This document shows positions 19,192 to 28,261 of a stretch of 64,000 nucleotides of DNA, piece by piece (the stretch's first letter is position 1; each line of letters starts with the position of its first letter). A program made the position numbers and the translations under genes. The notes under the pieces were generated by a model. That model was not told the DNA's origin and did no database searches. It was given only the letters and a program-made list of their open reading frames with translations. Source of the stretch: an uncultured Gammaproteobacteria bacterium. Its GTDB lineage: Bacteria > Patescibacteriota > Microgenomatia > UBA8517. The stretch lies in the NCBI GenBank assembly GCA_964427735.1, contig CAYRUS010000001.1, positions 25,856-89,855 of the forward strand, in the 5' to 3' direction.

Positions 19192-20745
19192 TTAGAATTC
19201 AAAATATTCTTCAGTTATCTCTTTTCCCTCTTTAAACACTCTTGTATTCGCACCAGCATAAAGAGGCTGGATTTTAAACTCGTTCTTTGTTGTTCTAAAT
19301 GCTGTTAACTCTATAAATGAACCCTTGTTATCAGGTGCAAGAACAGTTGCACCTAACCTTGAAATCAGATTTGCAATTCCTCCTTTTTCCCCCTTACCAG
19401 TAGAGCATGATACTAATACAATTATTGGATTTTCTATAAAATATTTCTTTATTAGTCTTTGAGAACTACTTCTAGGCTCATCTTTTAATCCCTGGACTTC
19501 TGAATCATAATCCAATAATATATCGACTGCATATATTGTTCCGCTTTTCCAGCTTCTGCCAATGCTAATACTATTTTCGCTACCATGTCCACCAATTATG
19601 CCAAAATCAATTTTTCCGTATTTTTTGTTTGCTTTAATTAAAGATTCAGTCAACTCTCTTTTACTTGATATCTCATATACTCTTAAACTATAACTCCCTT
19701 CTAATGAGTCAAGAAATTCTGACAGTTCACCTGCTTCATTAAACGCGGCGTTGTGATCAGTCATTGGATATAAAATCACCCCATATGGCAAATCAGTGTT
19801 ATCTCTTTCCAAATATTGATTTAGAAGTAATTTCTGTGGATATCTGGAAAAATTTACAATGCCAAATTCTTCATTTAAGTACTTTGAAATACCTCTATAC
19901 AGACTTTCTAGTCTATCAATTGTTTTAATATTACCAATAATTGAATGCCTTCTAGAACCAGACCAGTCACCATAGTTATCCAGCCAAAGTCTTACTATAC
20001 GCTCTCCGTCTAAACCATAATCAGATGAAAGAAGTTGACTAGCAAGTCTTATTCCCATATCCCTTGCCTTTTCATTATCTGAAATAATTAATTCAGCAAT
20101 AGTACCCGATCTAAAAAAAGAGTCTCCTGTTCCTGAATAAGCTTTGATTAAAGTTTCTTCAAGTGCGGTAGCTAAGTCATCAAAACCACTTTTGGCAATT
20201 TCCACTACAATACCATCATCAAACTCCATTCTGTCAGTTTCAATTATCCTTTTTATGATGTTTATATTATCTCTTAAGAATGTATTTGCTTTTGCTCTTG
20301 TATTGTCGTCTGAGGAATCCATAGAATTAACGACTAATCTGAATGCATCTTGAATTTGAATAATATCATCACCATCTAATAGATCTTTTATTTTTGAAAG
20401 ATTATCTGCAATTACTTTCTTTCCAAGTTCTTCTATATCTGCATGAATTTGCTTTTTACCATAAAAATATTGAAAGTCCACAATCCTTTTAAGATCCCTT
20501 AAAATGTTTTCGGTGTAATTTTCGAAATCTAAATTATGAACAAGTATTTTGACATCTTCTTCGATACTCTGTAATTCTTCCGGCAGTATGGTTCTAGTTT
20601 TTCTGCTTCCCAGATCGCCTTCCTTTTCTAAATAATTTATGCCATTAAAAAATATATTTAATCTTTCTCTTGAATTAATAATTTTACTTTCTTTATCCGA
20701 TAGTCCAACGACCTCGCCTAGATTTGGTGTAATTTTCCCCTCCAT
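19192..20745 (-). CDS. Protein with a C-terminal CHAT (caspase-like His/Cys dyad) peptidase domain
   Basis: The C-terminus has ...FGIIGGHGSENS... (His motif) and ...PIIVLVSCSTGKG (Cys motif, cf. CHAT LSaCeTG). The N-terminal ~370 aa are helical with no recognised domain. Confidence 0.5.
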   Translation of the reverse strand: MEGKITPNLGEVVGLSDKESKIINSRERLNIFFNGINYLEKEGDLGSRKTRTILPEELQSIEEDVKILVHNLDFENYTENILRDLKRIVDFQYFYGKKQIHADIEELGKKVIADNLSKIKDLLDGDDIIQIQDAFRLVVNSMDSSDDNTRAKANTFLRDNINIIKRIIETDRMEFDDGIVVEIAKSGFDDLATALEETLIKAYSGTGDSFFRSGTIAELIISDNEKARDMGIRLASQLLSSDYGLDGERIVRLWLDNYGDWSGSRRHSIIGNIKTIDRLESLYRGISKYLNEEFGIVNFSRYPQKLLLNQYLERDNTDLPYGVILYPMTDHNAAFNEAGELSEFLDSLEGSYSLRVYEISSKRELTESLIKANKKYGKIDFGIIGGHGSENSISIGRSWKSGTIYAVDILLDYDSEVQGLKDEPRSSSQRLIKKYFIENPIIVLVSCSTGKGEKGGIANLISRLGATVLAPDNKGSFIELTAFRTTKNEFKIQPLYAGANTRVFKEGKEITEEYFEF

Positions 20746-20755
20746 TAGTTAATGA

Positions 20756-21823
20756 CTAAATAAATCTTACCATCATTCCCTCTTGAACTATTGTGTTAAT
20801 TGAAACCTCCTGCCCAGGAAATTTAGAACCTGGCCCCCAAATCACTGCTTTCTTATTTTCCTCTGCGAAGTCGCTTCCAATTTCTTGGGCAACATCCTTT
20901 AAAGTATAGTCTTTTTTGACCACCAAAGAATTATTTATATTAGGCTCTTCGTCGCGTCTAACCAAATAAACTCTGACAAGCCCAAGCTTGTCCCAGATTG
21001 CTTTTCTGAACTGTTCTATGTTTTCTTCCTTTTCAGCACTGATATATAAATCAACTCCTTCAATCTTTTTAGTTTTACCTAAATCTGCTTTGTTTAAAAC
21101 ATACAAGGCAGGGATATAAACTCTATTTGTTGAAAATGAATCTATCAATTCCTCGTCTGTGACATATTCATTAATCATAATTTCACCATTTTTTATTCCA
21201 AACTCCATTGCTATTTGCTTTACCTTTTCTTTATCAATACCGCTAATATTGGTTTTTACGATTACTCCTCCGCCTATCTTTTTTTCTACTACCACATCTG
21301 GCGGAGTTTTGTTTATTCTTATGCCATTTCTTTCTAAAGTTTCGCTAATGCTTTTTAAAATTTCTGGTCTTGTTACGTCTGACATTATTATTAAAAGATC
21401 ACTTGAACGAACAACAGAAAGCACTTCCCGACCTCTTCCCTTACCTTCTTCTGCACCTTCTATTAGACCGGGAACGTCTAAAATCTGTATTTGAGCATCT
21501 TTGTATTTCATCATTCCTGGGATAACAGAAACGGTTGTAAAAGCATAAGGAGCAATTTTACTTTTTGCATTTGTTAATTTGTTTAACAAGGTGGATTTTC
21601 CTGCAGAAGGAGGACCAACTAACACAACTGTTGCATCACCTTGTTTTTTTACAGAGTAACCTCCACCGCCACCTGTTTTTCTGGTTGATGCTTCTATTTG
21701 TTTATCCTTTAGTCGAGCAATTTTAGCACGCAAAAGACCAATATAGTGTTCTGTTCCTTTATGGTATGGGGTTTCTCTTATTTCTTTTTGAATACTTTCA
21801 ATTTGCTCTTCAATCGTTGGCAT
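20756..21823 (-). CDS. DRG-family (developmentally regulated GTP-binding protein, Obg/HflX superfamily) GTPase with TGS-type C-terminus
   Basis: The N-terminus is MPTIEEQIESIQKEIRETPYHKGTEHYIGLLRAKIARLKD. Motifs G1 GPPSAGKST, G3 DVPG and G4 NKAD. At 355 aa, the length and order match archaeal/eukaryotic DRG. Confidence 0.65.
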   Translation of the reverse strand: MPTIEEQIESIQKEIRETPYHKGTEHYIGLLRAKIARLKDKQIEASTRKTGGGGGYSVKKQGDATVVLVGPPSAGKSTLLNKLTNAKSKIAPYAFTTVSVIPGMMKYKDAQIQILDVPGLIEGAEEGKGRGREVLSVVRSSDLLIIMSDVTRPEILKSISETLERNGIRINKTPPDVVVEKKIGGGVIVKTNISGIDKEKVKQIAMEFGIKNGEIMINEYVTDEELIDSFSTNRVYIPALYVLNKADLGKTKKIEGVDLYISAEKEENIEQFRKAIWDKLGLVRVYLVRRDEEPNINNSLVVKKDYTLKDVAQEIGSDFAEENKKAVIWGPGSKFPGQEVSINTIVQEGMMVRFI

Positions 21824-21880
21824 ACAAGATGAATTATACCCAATATTGAGATATAATTGTAACTGTTTGTAAGATTATTA

Positions 21881-21952
21881 GCCTCCGTGGTGAAATGGAT
21901 ATCACAACGGTCTTCGGAACCGTTGTTGGGGGTTCGAGTCCCTCCGGAGGCA
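21881..21952 (+). tRNA. tRNA-Arg (anticodon TCG)
   Basis: GCCTCCGTGGTGAAATGGATATCACAACGGTCTTCGGAACCGTTGTTGGGGGTTCGAGTCCCTCCGGAGGCA. Confidence 0.8.
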
Positions 21953-21968
21953 CCTATTAATACCATTT

Positions 21969-22268
21969 ATGCTAAAGCAATATATAGACTACATCAAAGA
22001 CAACCCAAAGGGATATTGGTTTAAAGCAAAGTGGTTTGGCTGGGGTTGGACTCCTGTTACTTGGCAAGGATGGCTAATTATTATTTTTTATGTGATTCTA
22101 TTTCTCTATTTTACAAAAAACATGGATAATCGCTCCACTGATGAAGAAGTTCTAGTTAGTTTTGCTTTACCTATTCTATTATCAACCTTAGGACTAGTAT
22201 TTATTGCCTTTAAAAAAGGAGAAAAACCAAAATGGCATTGGGGTATTCCAAAGAAAAAATTAAAATAA
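21969..22268 (+). CDS. Small Trp-rich membrane protein, hypothetical
   Basis: 99 aa with two TM segments. Confidence 0.4.
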   Translation: MLKQYIDYIKDNPKGYWFKAKWFGWGWTPVTWQGWLIIIFYVILFLYFTKNMDNRSTDEEVLVSFALPILLSTLGLVFIAFKKGEKPKWHWGIPKKKLK

Positions 22269-22629
22269 ATCTATACTTGATTGTAAGAAAAGAGTAAGTT
22301 ATATTCTTTACACATGCCTGCCTTACTTACTTATATATTCGGCTTTACATTACTGCTTCAATTTTTATCCTTAGTGCTAAAATCTATGGCAAAAAAATTA
22401 AATATTTACCCAAATGATCAGGGAAATCCAGGCATTGCCCGCCTTACATATTTACTTCTGAAAGAATATATAGAAATCGAAGTTATAAAATGACCCTCGC
22501 TTGTTAACTTTGTAAATTTCAAGCTTTGATTCTTATCAACAAAGTAAGGGTAATTTTAATTATGCACTAATTGTTTCCAAAAAGACATACTTGAAAGAAG
22601 ATTAATAGAAGCATATAAATAACATATTC

Positions 22630-24345
22630 ATGAAGTTTATTGTTGTTTCTGGGGGCGTACTTTCAGGTCTTGGAAAAGGAATCACTGCCGCTTCAATAGG
22701 TCTTCTTCTAAAATCTCGCGGGATAAAAGTAACCACACTTAAGTGCGACATGTATTTGAATATTGATGCAGGAACTATGAATCCTGTTGAGCATGGTGAA
22801 GTTTTTGTTACTCATGACGGTCTAGAAACTGATCAAGACCTAGGGCATTACGAACGATTCCTTGGTCATAACCATCTTAAAGTAAATTACATGACAAACG
22901 GTCAAATCTATAAAATAGTTTTGGATAAAGAGAGAGCTCTTGAGTACGAAGGTGTATGTGTCCAACCATACCACCACCTACCTCCTGAGATAATAGAGCG
23001 CTGGCATTCTGCAGGACGTGCACATAAAGCAGATATTGTGATCGTAGAGCTTGGAGGTACTGTTGGAGAATATGAAGGCTTGCTGTTTTTTGAATCAGTA
23101 AGACGGCTGAAACTCAAAAAACCTAAAGATGTTTTGCTTATTCATGTAGGCTATCTTCCTGCACCTAAATCAATTGGAGAACTAAAATCAAAGCCACTCC
23201 AGCAATCGATCTCTCAACTTAACTCTTTGGGTTTACATCCGGATTTAATTGTAGGAAGAGCAGAATTGCCAATAGACAATAAAAGAAAAGAAAAAATTGC
23301 TTTAGCATCAGGATTAAATACAGAGGATATCATTTCAGCTCCGGATGTCGAGAGCATTTATGAAGTTCCTTTAATTCTTTATGATCAAGATTTAGACCAA
23401 AAGATACTTAAAAAATTAGGTTTAAAACATTTAAAACAAAAGAAAAGTAACCTCACAGAATGGAAAAAAATGTATAAAAAATTTAAAAATGCTAAAAAAG
23501 AAATCAAAATAGCCATTGTCGGTAAGTACCAAAAAACCGGAGATTATACTTTAGAAGACAGTTATGTATGCGTAGTTGAAGCAATTAAACATGCTGCCTG
23601 GGAGTTTGGTCTTAATCCAAAATTGGTCTGGATTGATTCAGAAAAGATTACAGATGACCTAAAGGCCATAAAATTACTCTCAGAAGTCGATGCAATAATT
23701 GTCCCTCAAGGATGGGGTTCAAGAGGAATAGAGGGAAAAATTCTAGCAGCTAAATACGCTAGAGAAAATAATGTTCCCTACTTGGGTCTTTGTTTTGGAA
23801 TGCAAATGGCTACTATTGAGTACGGTAGAAACGTTGTCGGGCTAAAAAATGCTAATACTCAGGAAGTAAATGAAAAAGCTTTGCATAAAGTTATTCACAT
23901 CATGCCACACCAGAAAAAATATTTAGATAACAAGATATATGGTGGAACGATTCGTCTTGGAGCATGGCCGTGTAAAATTAAAAAAGGTTCAATTCTAGAA
24001 AATGCATACAAAAAATATGGACAAGGAAAGGATAAGCCATGGAATCAACCTAATTCCAATGTTTCTTATAAGGAAACAAAATCAAATGGTGATCTAATAG
24101 TCCATGAACGACATAGACACAGATATGAATTTAATAATAAATATAAAAAAGATTTTAAAAAAAATGGGTTTGTTATAAGTGGAGAATCTCCAGATGGAAA
24201 ATTAGTTGAAGCAATTGAAATCAAAGACCATCCCTTTTATGTTGGAACTCAATTTCATCCTGAGTATTTAAGCAGACCGTTAGCACCACACCCTATTTTC
24301 TTAGGCTTTGTTGAAGCAATCATTGAAAATGTCAGAAAAAATTAG
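22630..24345 (+). CDS. pyrG: CTP synthase
   Basis: MKFIVVSGGVLSGLGKGITAASIG...KCDMYLNIDAGTMNP. C-terminal glutamine amidotransferase motifs (GLCFGMQ, HRHRYEFN). Confidence 0.9.
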   Translation: MKFIVVSGGVLSGLGKGITAASIGLLLKSRGIKVTTLKCDMYLNIDAGTMNPVEHGEVFVTHDGLETDQDLGHYERFLGHNHLKVNYMTNGQIYKIVLDKERALEYEGVCVQPYHHLPPEIIERWHSAGRAHKADIVIVELGGTVGEYEGLLFFESVRRLKLKKPKDVLLIHVGYLPAPKSIGELKSKPLQQSISQLNSLGLHPDLIVGRAELPIDNKRKEKIALASGLNTEDIISAPDVESIYEVPLILYDQDLDQKILKKLGLKHLKQKKSNLTEWKKMYKKFKNAKKEIKIAIVGKYQKTGDYTLEDSYVCVVEAIKHAAWEFGLNPKLVWIDSEKITDDLKAIKLLSEVDAIIVPQGWGSRGIEGKILAAKYARENNVPYLGLCFGMQMATIEYGRNVVGLKNANTQEVNEKALHKVIHIMPHQKKYLDNKIYGGTIRLGAWPCKIKKGSILENAYKKYGQGKDKPWNQPNSNVSYKETKSNGDLIVHERHRHRYEFNNKYKKDFKKNGFVISGESPDGKLVEAIEIKDHPFYVGTQFHPEYLSRPLAPHPIFLGFVEAIIENVRKN

Positions 24346-24679
24346 ATATATAGAAACAGATAATCGCAAACCATTAACTGTTGAAGATGATAATGGAGAA
24401 GTTATCGCGTTGAGAAACTCATTAAATTTCAATTTACATTACGGTATAGATTTAGTTGAAGAAGAATTGATGTTGCCCGCTGATCCAGCTAAAGCAGAAT
24501 TAATATTGAAACAAAGAGAAAATCATACTAAAAGAAAAGCTAAGAGGAGAAATCAAATTAAGAAAAATGGTAAACCTCCTGGGAAAAGCCGTTTTACTGA
24601 AAATGAGTTGGAAGATTATGCGTACAAAGAAAAGTTGAATCGTTTGGTTAACAAAAAAAGCACAAGAGGAAAAATATAA
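24329..24679 (+). CDS. Small basic hypothetical protein
   Basis: ORF 24308..24679 overlaps the pyrG end. The likely start is MSEKIRY at 24329. Confidence 0.3.
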   Translation: MSEKIRYIETDNRKPLTVEDDNGEVIALRNSLNFNLHYGIDLVEEELMLPADPAKAELILKQRENHTKRKAKRRNQIKKNGKPPGKSRFTENELEDYAYKEKLNRLVNKKSTRGKI

Positions 24680-24710
24680 ATTATTTAATTTTTGTAGTAT
24701 ACTCATAATA

Positions 24711-24950
24711 ATGGATTTATTTAATTATTTTTCAAATAACCCATATTTATTTTTATCAGTCATTATTATAAGTCTAATATTAAAAGGATTTGCACTTTGG
24801 AGGGCTTCAAAAAATGATCATGCATTGTGGTTTATTGTTATTTTGGTAATTAATACTTTAGGAATTCTAGACATACTATATTTGTTCTACTTTTCCCAAA
24901 AGGATTTTACCCAAAAAATAGATAGAAAAATCCTCAATCTAAGAAAGTAA
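24711..24950 (+). CDS. Small 2-TM membrane protein, hypothetical
   Basis: 79 aa and hydrophobic. Confidence 0.4.
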   Translation: MDLFNYFSNNPYLFLSVIIISLILKGFALWRASKNDHALWFIVILVINTLGILDILYLFYFSQKDFTQKIDRKILNLRK

Positions 24951-25032
24951 TTATCACTTCTAAATTGGGCTTATCCGTAGTAAAATATGAGTTGCTGAAG
25001 GAGTTCTAATAGCCTAAAGCCAGTGTTAGTAT

Positions 25033-25117
25033 GCCGTGGTGGTGGAATGGTAGACACGCAGGACTTAAAATCCTGTGGACTGAATAGTCCGTGTGGGTTC
25101 GAGTCCCACCCTCGGCA
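25033..25117 (+). tRNA. tRNA-Leu (anticodon TAA), type II; U5.U68 mismatch in the acceptor stem
   Basis: GCCGTGGTGGTGGAATGGTAGACACGCAGGACTTAAAATCCTGTGGACTGAATAGTCCGTGTGGGTTCGAGTCCCACCCTCGGCA. Confidence 0.7.
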
Positions 25118-25122
25118 CACCT

Positions 25123-25195
25123 CGGGGTGTAGCTCAGTTGGTAGAGTGCGCGCTTTGGGAGCGTGAGGTCCTGGGTTCGAATCCCAGCACCCCGA
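25123..25195 (+). tRNA. tRNA-Pro (anticodon TGG)
   Basis: CGGGGTGTAGCTCAGTTGGTAGAGTGCGCGCTTTGGGAGCGTGAGGTCCTGGGTTCGAATCCCAGCACCCCGA. It lies 5 nt after tRNA-Leu. Confidence 0.8.
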
Positions 25196-25298
25196 CAAAA
25201 TTTATCATTTTATTGCTCACATGCTCTCACTTTTTTAGTACTAGGCTATTTTGTTATTTTTCTTGAAAATCCTTAATTTATAATGCATAATGTAGGGT

Positions 25299-26168
25299 AT
25301 GTCAGAAAATCATAATCCTTTTGTGAATGCCGTTAATTCAGTTGATAGTAATAAATTTCTATCAAAACTGGATGAAAAAGGTTTTGAAATAAGAATTCTC
25401 AGAGAAGAGATACAAAGGTTTGCAGAAAATACAGGTCGTGAAGTTAGAATAATGCATTCGGGAGATTTAGGAGCACCTTTTGCCTTAAATCATAGACTAG
25501 ATGGTGTTTTACACTTTTGTCCATTCAAAAAGTTTCATCTATACCCTCACATGATAGCTGATATTCAAAATTTTAATCTAGAGATGCATGATGGATATCA
25601 GTTCCTTCAAATGTTGATGGATGAAAAATTGGAGATTTATACTGAAGATGAGCTAAAAAAATATAAATATGCTATTGATTCCCTGCTCGAACTTATTTAT
25701 ATTTGGTCCGATCCAGATATAGTGATTGAGAATACACATATTAGAGATTCTAGAAAGAAAATGCTTAATAATCCAGAAAGCTTTAAGCTTATTACTCAAA
25801 CATTTAAAACAGCAAGTGAGTATGTCGGTGATTTAATAGATGCGAAACCCATACTTGATCAAGAACCTGTTTTTGCAAAACTCTTTTTGACTAAATATAT
25901 AAATATTTTCCGCGAAAATAGTAATGAATTCTGGGAGCAATCTAATGCAAGTGAAAAAAGTAAAACAGATAAACATTATGATAGCTTTATAGAATTAGTT
26001 TCCAATTTACCTGATGAACTTGAAGTACCAAGAGGTGAAGTAATACATATCGTGCAAAATATTTCCGAGTTTTACTTAATAAGACCAGTTAATTCGAGTG
26101 CAATAATAAATGTCCAGACGGTTGAAGATATTAAGATATTAATTGATGAATTGAGATTTTATCAGTGA
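25299..26168 (+). CDS. Hypothetical protein
   Basis: 289-aa ORF. No family recognised. Confidence 0.4.
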   Translation: MSENHNPFVNAVNSVDSNKFLSKLDEKGFEIRILREEIQRFAENTGREVRIMHSGDLGAPFALNHRLDGVLHFCPFKKFHLYPHMIADIQNFNLEMHDGYQFLQMLMDEKLEIYTEDELKKYKYAIDSLLELIYIWSDPDIVIENTHIRDSRKKMLNNPESFKLITQTFKTASEYVGDLIDAKPILDQEPVFAKLFLTKYINIFRENSNEFWEQSNASEKSKTDKHYDSFIELVSNLPDELEVPRGEVIHIVQNISEFYLIRPVNSSAIINVQTVEDIKILIDELRFYQ

Positions 26169-26188
26169 TAGAATGTAATCCAAATTAT

Positions 26189-26197
26189 TGATATAAT
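26189..26197 (+). promoter_or_regulatory. Extended -10 TGATATAAT for tRNA-Gly(TCC)
   Basis: The same 9-mer as at 11446. It lies 10 nt upstream of the tRNA. Confidence 0.4.
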
Positions 26198-26207
26198 AAG
26201 CATACTT

Positions 26208-26281
26208 GCGGGAATAGCTCAGTTGGCTAGAGCGTCAGTTTTCCAAACTGAAGGTCGCGGGTTCGAGCCCCGTTTCCCGCT
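26208..26281 (+). tRNA. tRNA-Gly (anticodon TCC)
   Basis: GCGGGAATAGCTCAGTTGGCTAGAGCGTCAGTTTTCCAAACTGAAGGTCGCGGGTTCGAGCCCCGTTTCCCGCT. Confidence 0.85.
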
Positions 26282-26305
26282 CACGAGGATTGGAGAATTA
26301 ATTAT

Positions 26306-26554
26306 ATGGGTTTAATTGGAAGTGACGATGGACCAACTGTGTATATAGACAAAAATGGTAAGCGTGTGCCGCTAGAACTAGTTGGCTATTATATTGAGGA
26401 TGGTCGGTTGACTTCCCAAATAAATGACGCAATACATGAAATAGAGAGAAACCGTCAGGAATTGAAAAGAGAGCATAGGGAAGAAATTTTACACAAAGTA
26501 TATGGAGGTGGCGAAGAAGAGATACACGGAAATGGTAAAGAAAGAGAAGGTTGA
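26306..26554 (+). CDS. Small hypothetical protein
   Basis: 82-aa ORF. Confidence 0.3.
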   Translation: MGLIGSDDGPTVYIDKNGKRVPLELVGYYIEDGRLTSQINDAIHEIERNRQELKREHREEILHKVYGGGEEEIHGNGKEREG

Positions 26555-26669
26555 GATTTTCAAAATTAAGATGCCATAGTAAACTTGTTAATAATCTTCA
26601 GATATTAACCTTGTTTCAAGAATAAATCAGGAAAAAGATAAATTTTAATAGAAATGAAGTAAAAATTAC

Positions 26670-27458
26670 TTATTCTTCTGATCGGACACCTACAATAACT
26701 ACAACATCATATTCTTCATCTTCATCAATAAGTTCATTCGAAATTTCTACAGTGTACGTATCTTCGAGTGCTGATACTATCTCATCAATAGCAGCCTTAG
26801 AAACGGTCTCTTTGTGCTCGATTATTGTATCCGTATAGTTTTGGTTATTGGCGTTTGCCGCATTTGGGTTGCTGAAACCTGCTTCACTTAAAAGATTTGC
26901 TACTCTTCCTGCCTCCCCTGCTATACCAGAGCCATTCAAAACTCGCAGATTGTACTCTGACAAATCAACTTCTTCTGATATCGGAGTTGGAGTTGGATCA
27001 TTTTCTACAACTGGTGCTAATGTTGATGTTGGTGTGGAAGTAGGCTCAGGTCGACTATCTACAGAAGACTTAAAATAAAATATTCCTCCCACTAACAAAG
27101 CTCCAAGAATAAGTGAAAGGGTGAAAGAGACAAAAATACCCATAAACGAAACTGAATTACCACCTGAGGGTGATGGAGTAGCTGCGGGCGCAGGTTGTTC
27201 AGGTTTTTCTTCAACTATCTCCTCTTCATCACTATTATTGTCTGTGCTGACACTTTCCTTCTCCACGTCTTCTTTGCTTGGTTCTGAAGTCACCTCTTTA
27301 ACTTTGGGGAGTTCTGGCTCAGGAATCTTGTCAGGCTCAATCGTCTTTTCTTCAGAACTCTCTTCCACAACGGAAATTTTAAATTTGTCTTTATCCTCAC
27401 TATCTTTTTTGGGCATAGCAGTAACTCTATTGTGGCAATAAAGACTACTGTTTGTCAA
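26670..27458 (-). CDS. LytR_C-domain membrane protein (cell-envelope-related)
   Basis: Acidic N-terminal region, then a TM helix. The C-terminal LRVLNGSGIAGEAGRVANLLSEAGF...NANNQNYTDTIIEH matches LytR_C. The start may be the second Met (27416). Confidence 0.55.
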   Translation of the reverse strand: MTNSSLYCHNRVTAMPKKDSEDKDKFKISVVEESSEEKTIEPDKIPEPELPKVKEVTSEPSKEDVEKESVSTDNNSDEEEIVEEKPEQPAPAATPSPSGGNSVSFMGIFVSFTLSLILGALLVGGIFYFKSSVDSRPEPTSTPTSTLAPVVENDPTPTPISEEVDLSEYNLRVLNGSGIAGEAGRVANLLSEAGFSNPNAANANNQNYTDTIIEHKETVSKAAIDEIVSALEDTYTVEISNELIDEDEEYDVVVIVGVRSEE

Positions 27459-27496
27459 TTGTAGTTGCAGATTGTTTTTGTTAAGATAGAGCCACT

Positions 27497-27838
27497 ATGT
27501 CTAAGAGAGATGATATTAAAAAGCAGTTAGAAGAAGATCAAGATAGATTTTACGGAGATCAAACAGTTTCTGGGCATTCTCCGGATACAGAAAGTGATGA
27601 TTCCATAGAAGAAATGGTAGGAGACGTAATGGGTGAAGATGCAGCCAGAAAAGTTGAAAGCAAAAAAGAAGGCTTTAATATAGCCGACGAAATTGAAGGT
27701 GATGAATTGGCACAAACAACAAAACCTGTTAGTAGCACAAGTGATGATAATAATACTAGCACAGGAGATGACTATGATGATGACAATAATAAGATTATAG
27801 TTCCCGGTGAAACTTCAAATGACCCTAGAGAAAAATAA
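27497..27838 (+). CDS. Highly acidic low-complexity protein
   Basis: 113 aa and rich in D/E. The same frame stays open for 49 codons beyond its TAA. Confidence 0.3.
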   Translation: MSKRDDIKKQLEEDQDRFYGDQTVSGHSPDTESDDSIEEMVGDVMGEDAARKVESKKEGFNIADEIEGDELAQTTKPVSSTSDDNNTSTGDDYDDDNNKIIVPGETSNDPREK

Positions 27839-28149
27839 TATAAAAATTCCTGCTCTAAAAGAAAATTGGGAAAAGAATTAGAAATTAAGATAGATCAAAA
27901 TCAAAATGGAAGCTCAAGTTTTACTGAGACAATATTAAGACTTATTATACTTCCTGAAGAGGATTTGGAAGAGAAGCTGTAAAAGTTAATTCCGAACTAA
28001 AGAGACCTTTACCTCCTACCTTGGTAGACCACATTAAAGAATTATACCTTTTGTACAATTTGGCAGACGCTGAAACTAAAACTCAATATCTAGGTAGCCT
28101 CAGACAAGCAGAAAAATAAATTTAAATCCTTAAAATATTAGCTCGATTT

Positions 28150-28158
28150 TGGTATAAT
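28150..28158 (+). promoter_or_regulatory. Extended -10 TGGTATAAT for tRNA-His
   Basis: TGnTATAAT, 15 nt upstream of G-1. Confidence 0.4.
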
Positions 28159-28173
28159 ATAATTTGTATACTT

Positions 28174-28251
28174 GGTGGTTGTAGCTCAGTTGGTTAGAGC
28201 GCGTCTCTGTGGAAGACGAGGTCGGCGGTTCGAGCCCGCTCAACCACCCCA
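28174..28251 (+). tRNA. tRNA-His (anticodon GTG) with genome-encoded G-1 and CCA
   Basis: G-GTGGTTGTAGCTCAGTTGGTTAGAGCGCGTCTCTGTGGAAGACGAGGTCGGCGGTTCGAGCCCGCTCAACCAC-C-CCA. G-1 can pair with discriminator C73. Confidence 0.85.
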
Positions 28252-28261
28252 AGTGTAAAGT

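Noticed and set aside
21778-21966. 62-aa minus ORF
   Set aside because: It lies entirely across tRNA-Arg(TCG) and is spurious.
22314-22493. 59-codon ORF (MPALLTYIFGFTLLLQFLSL...) in the 360-nt leader upstream of pyrG
   Set aside because: It is below the size threshold and has no family. It could be a leader peptide, but there is no supporting attenuator structure.
24971-25198. 75-aa minus ORF
   Set aside because: It overlaps the tRNA-Leu(TAA)/tRNA-Pro pair. Its translation is just the tRNA antisense.
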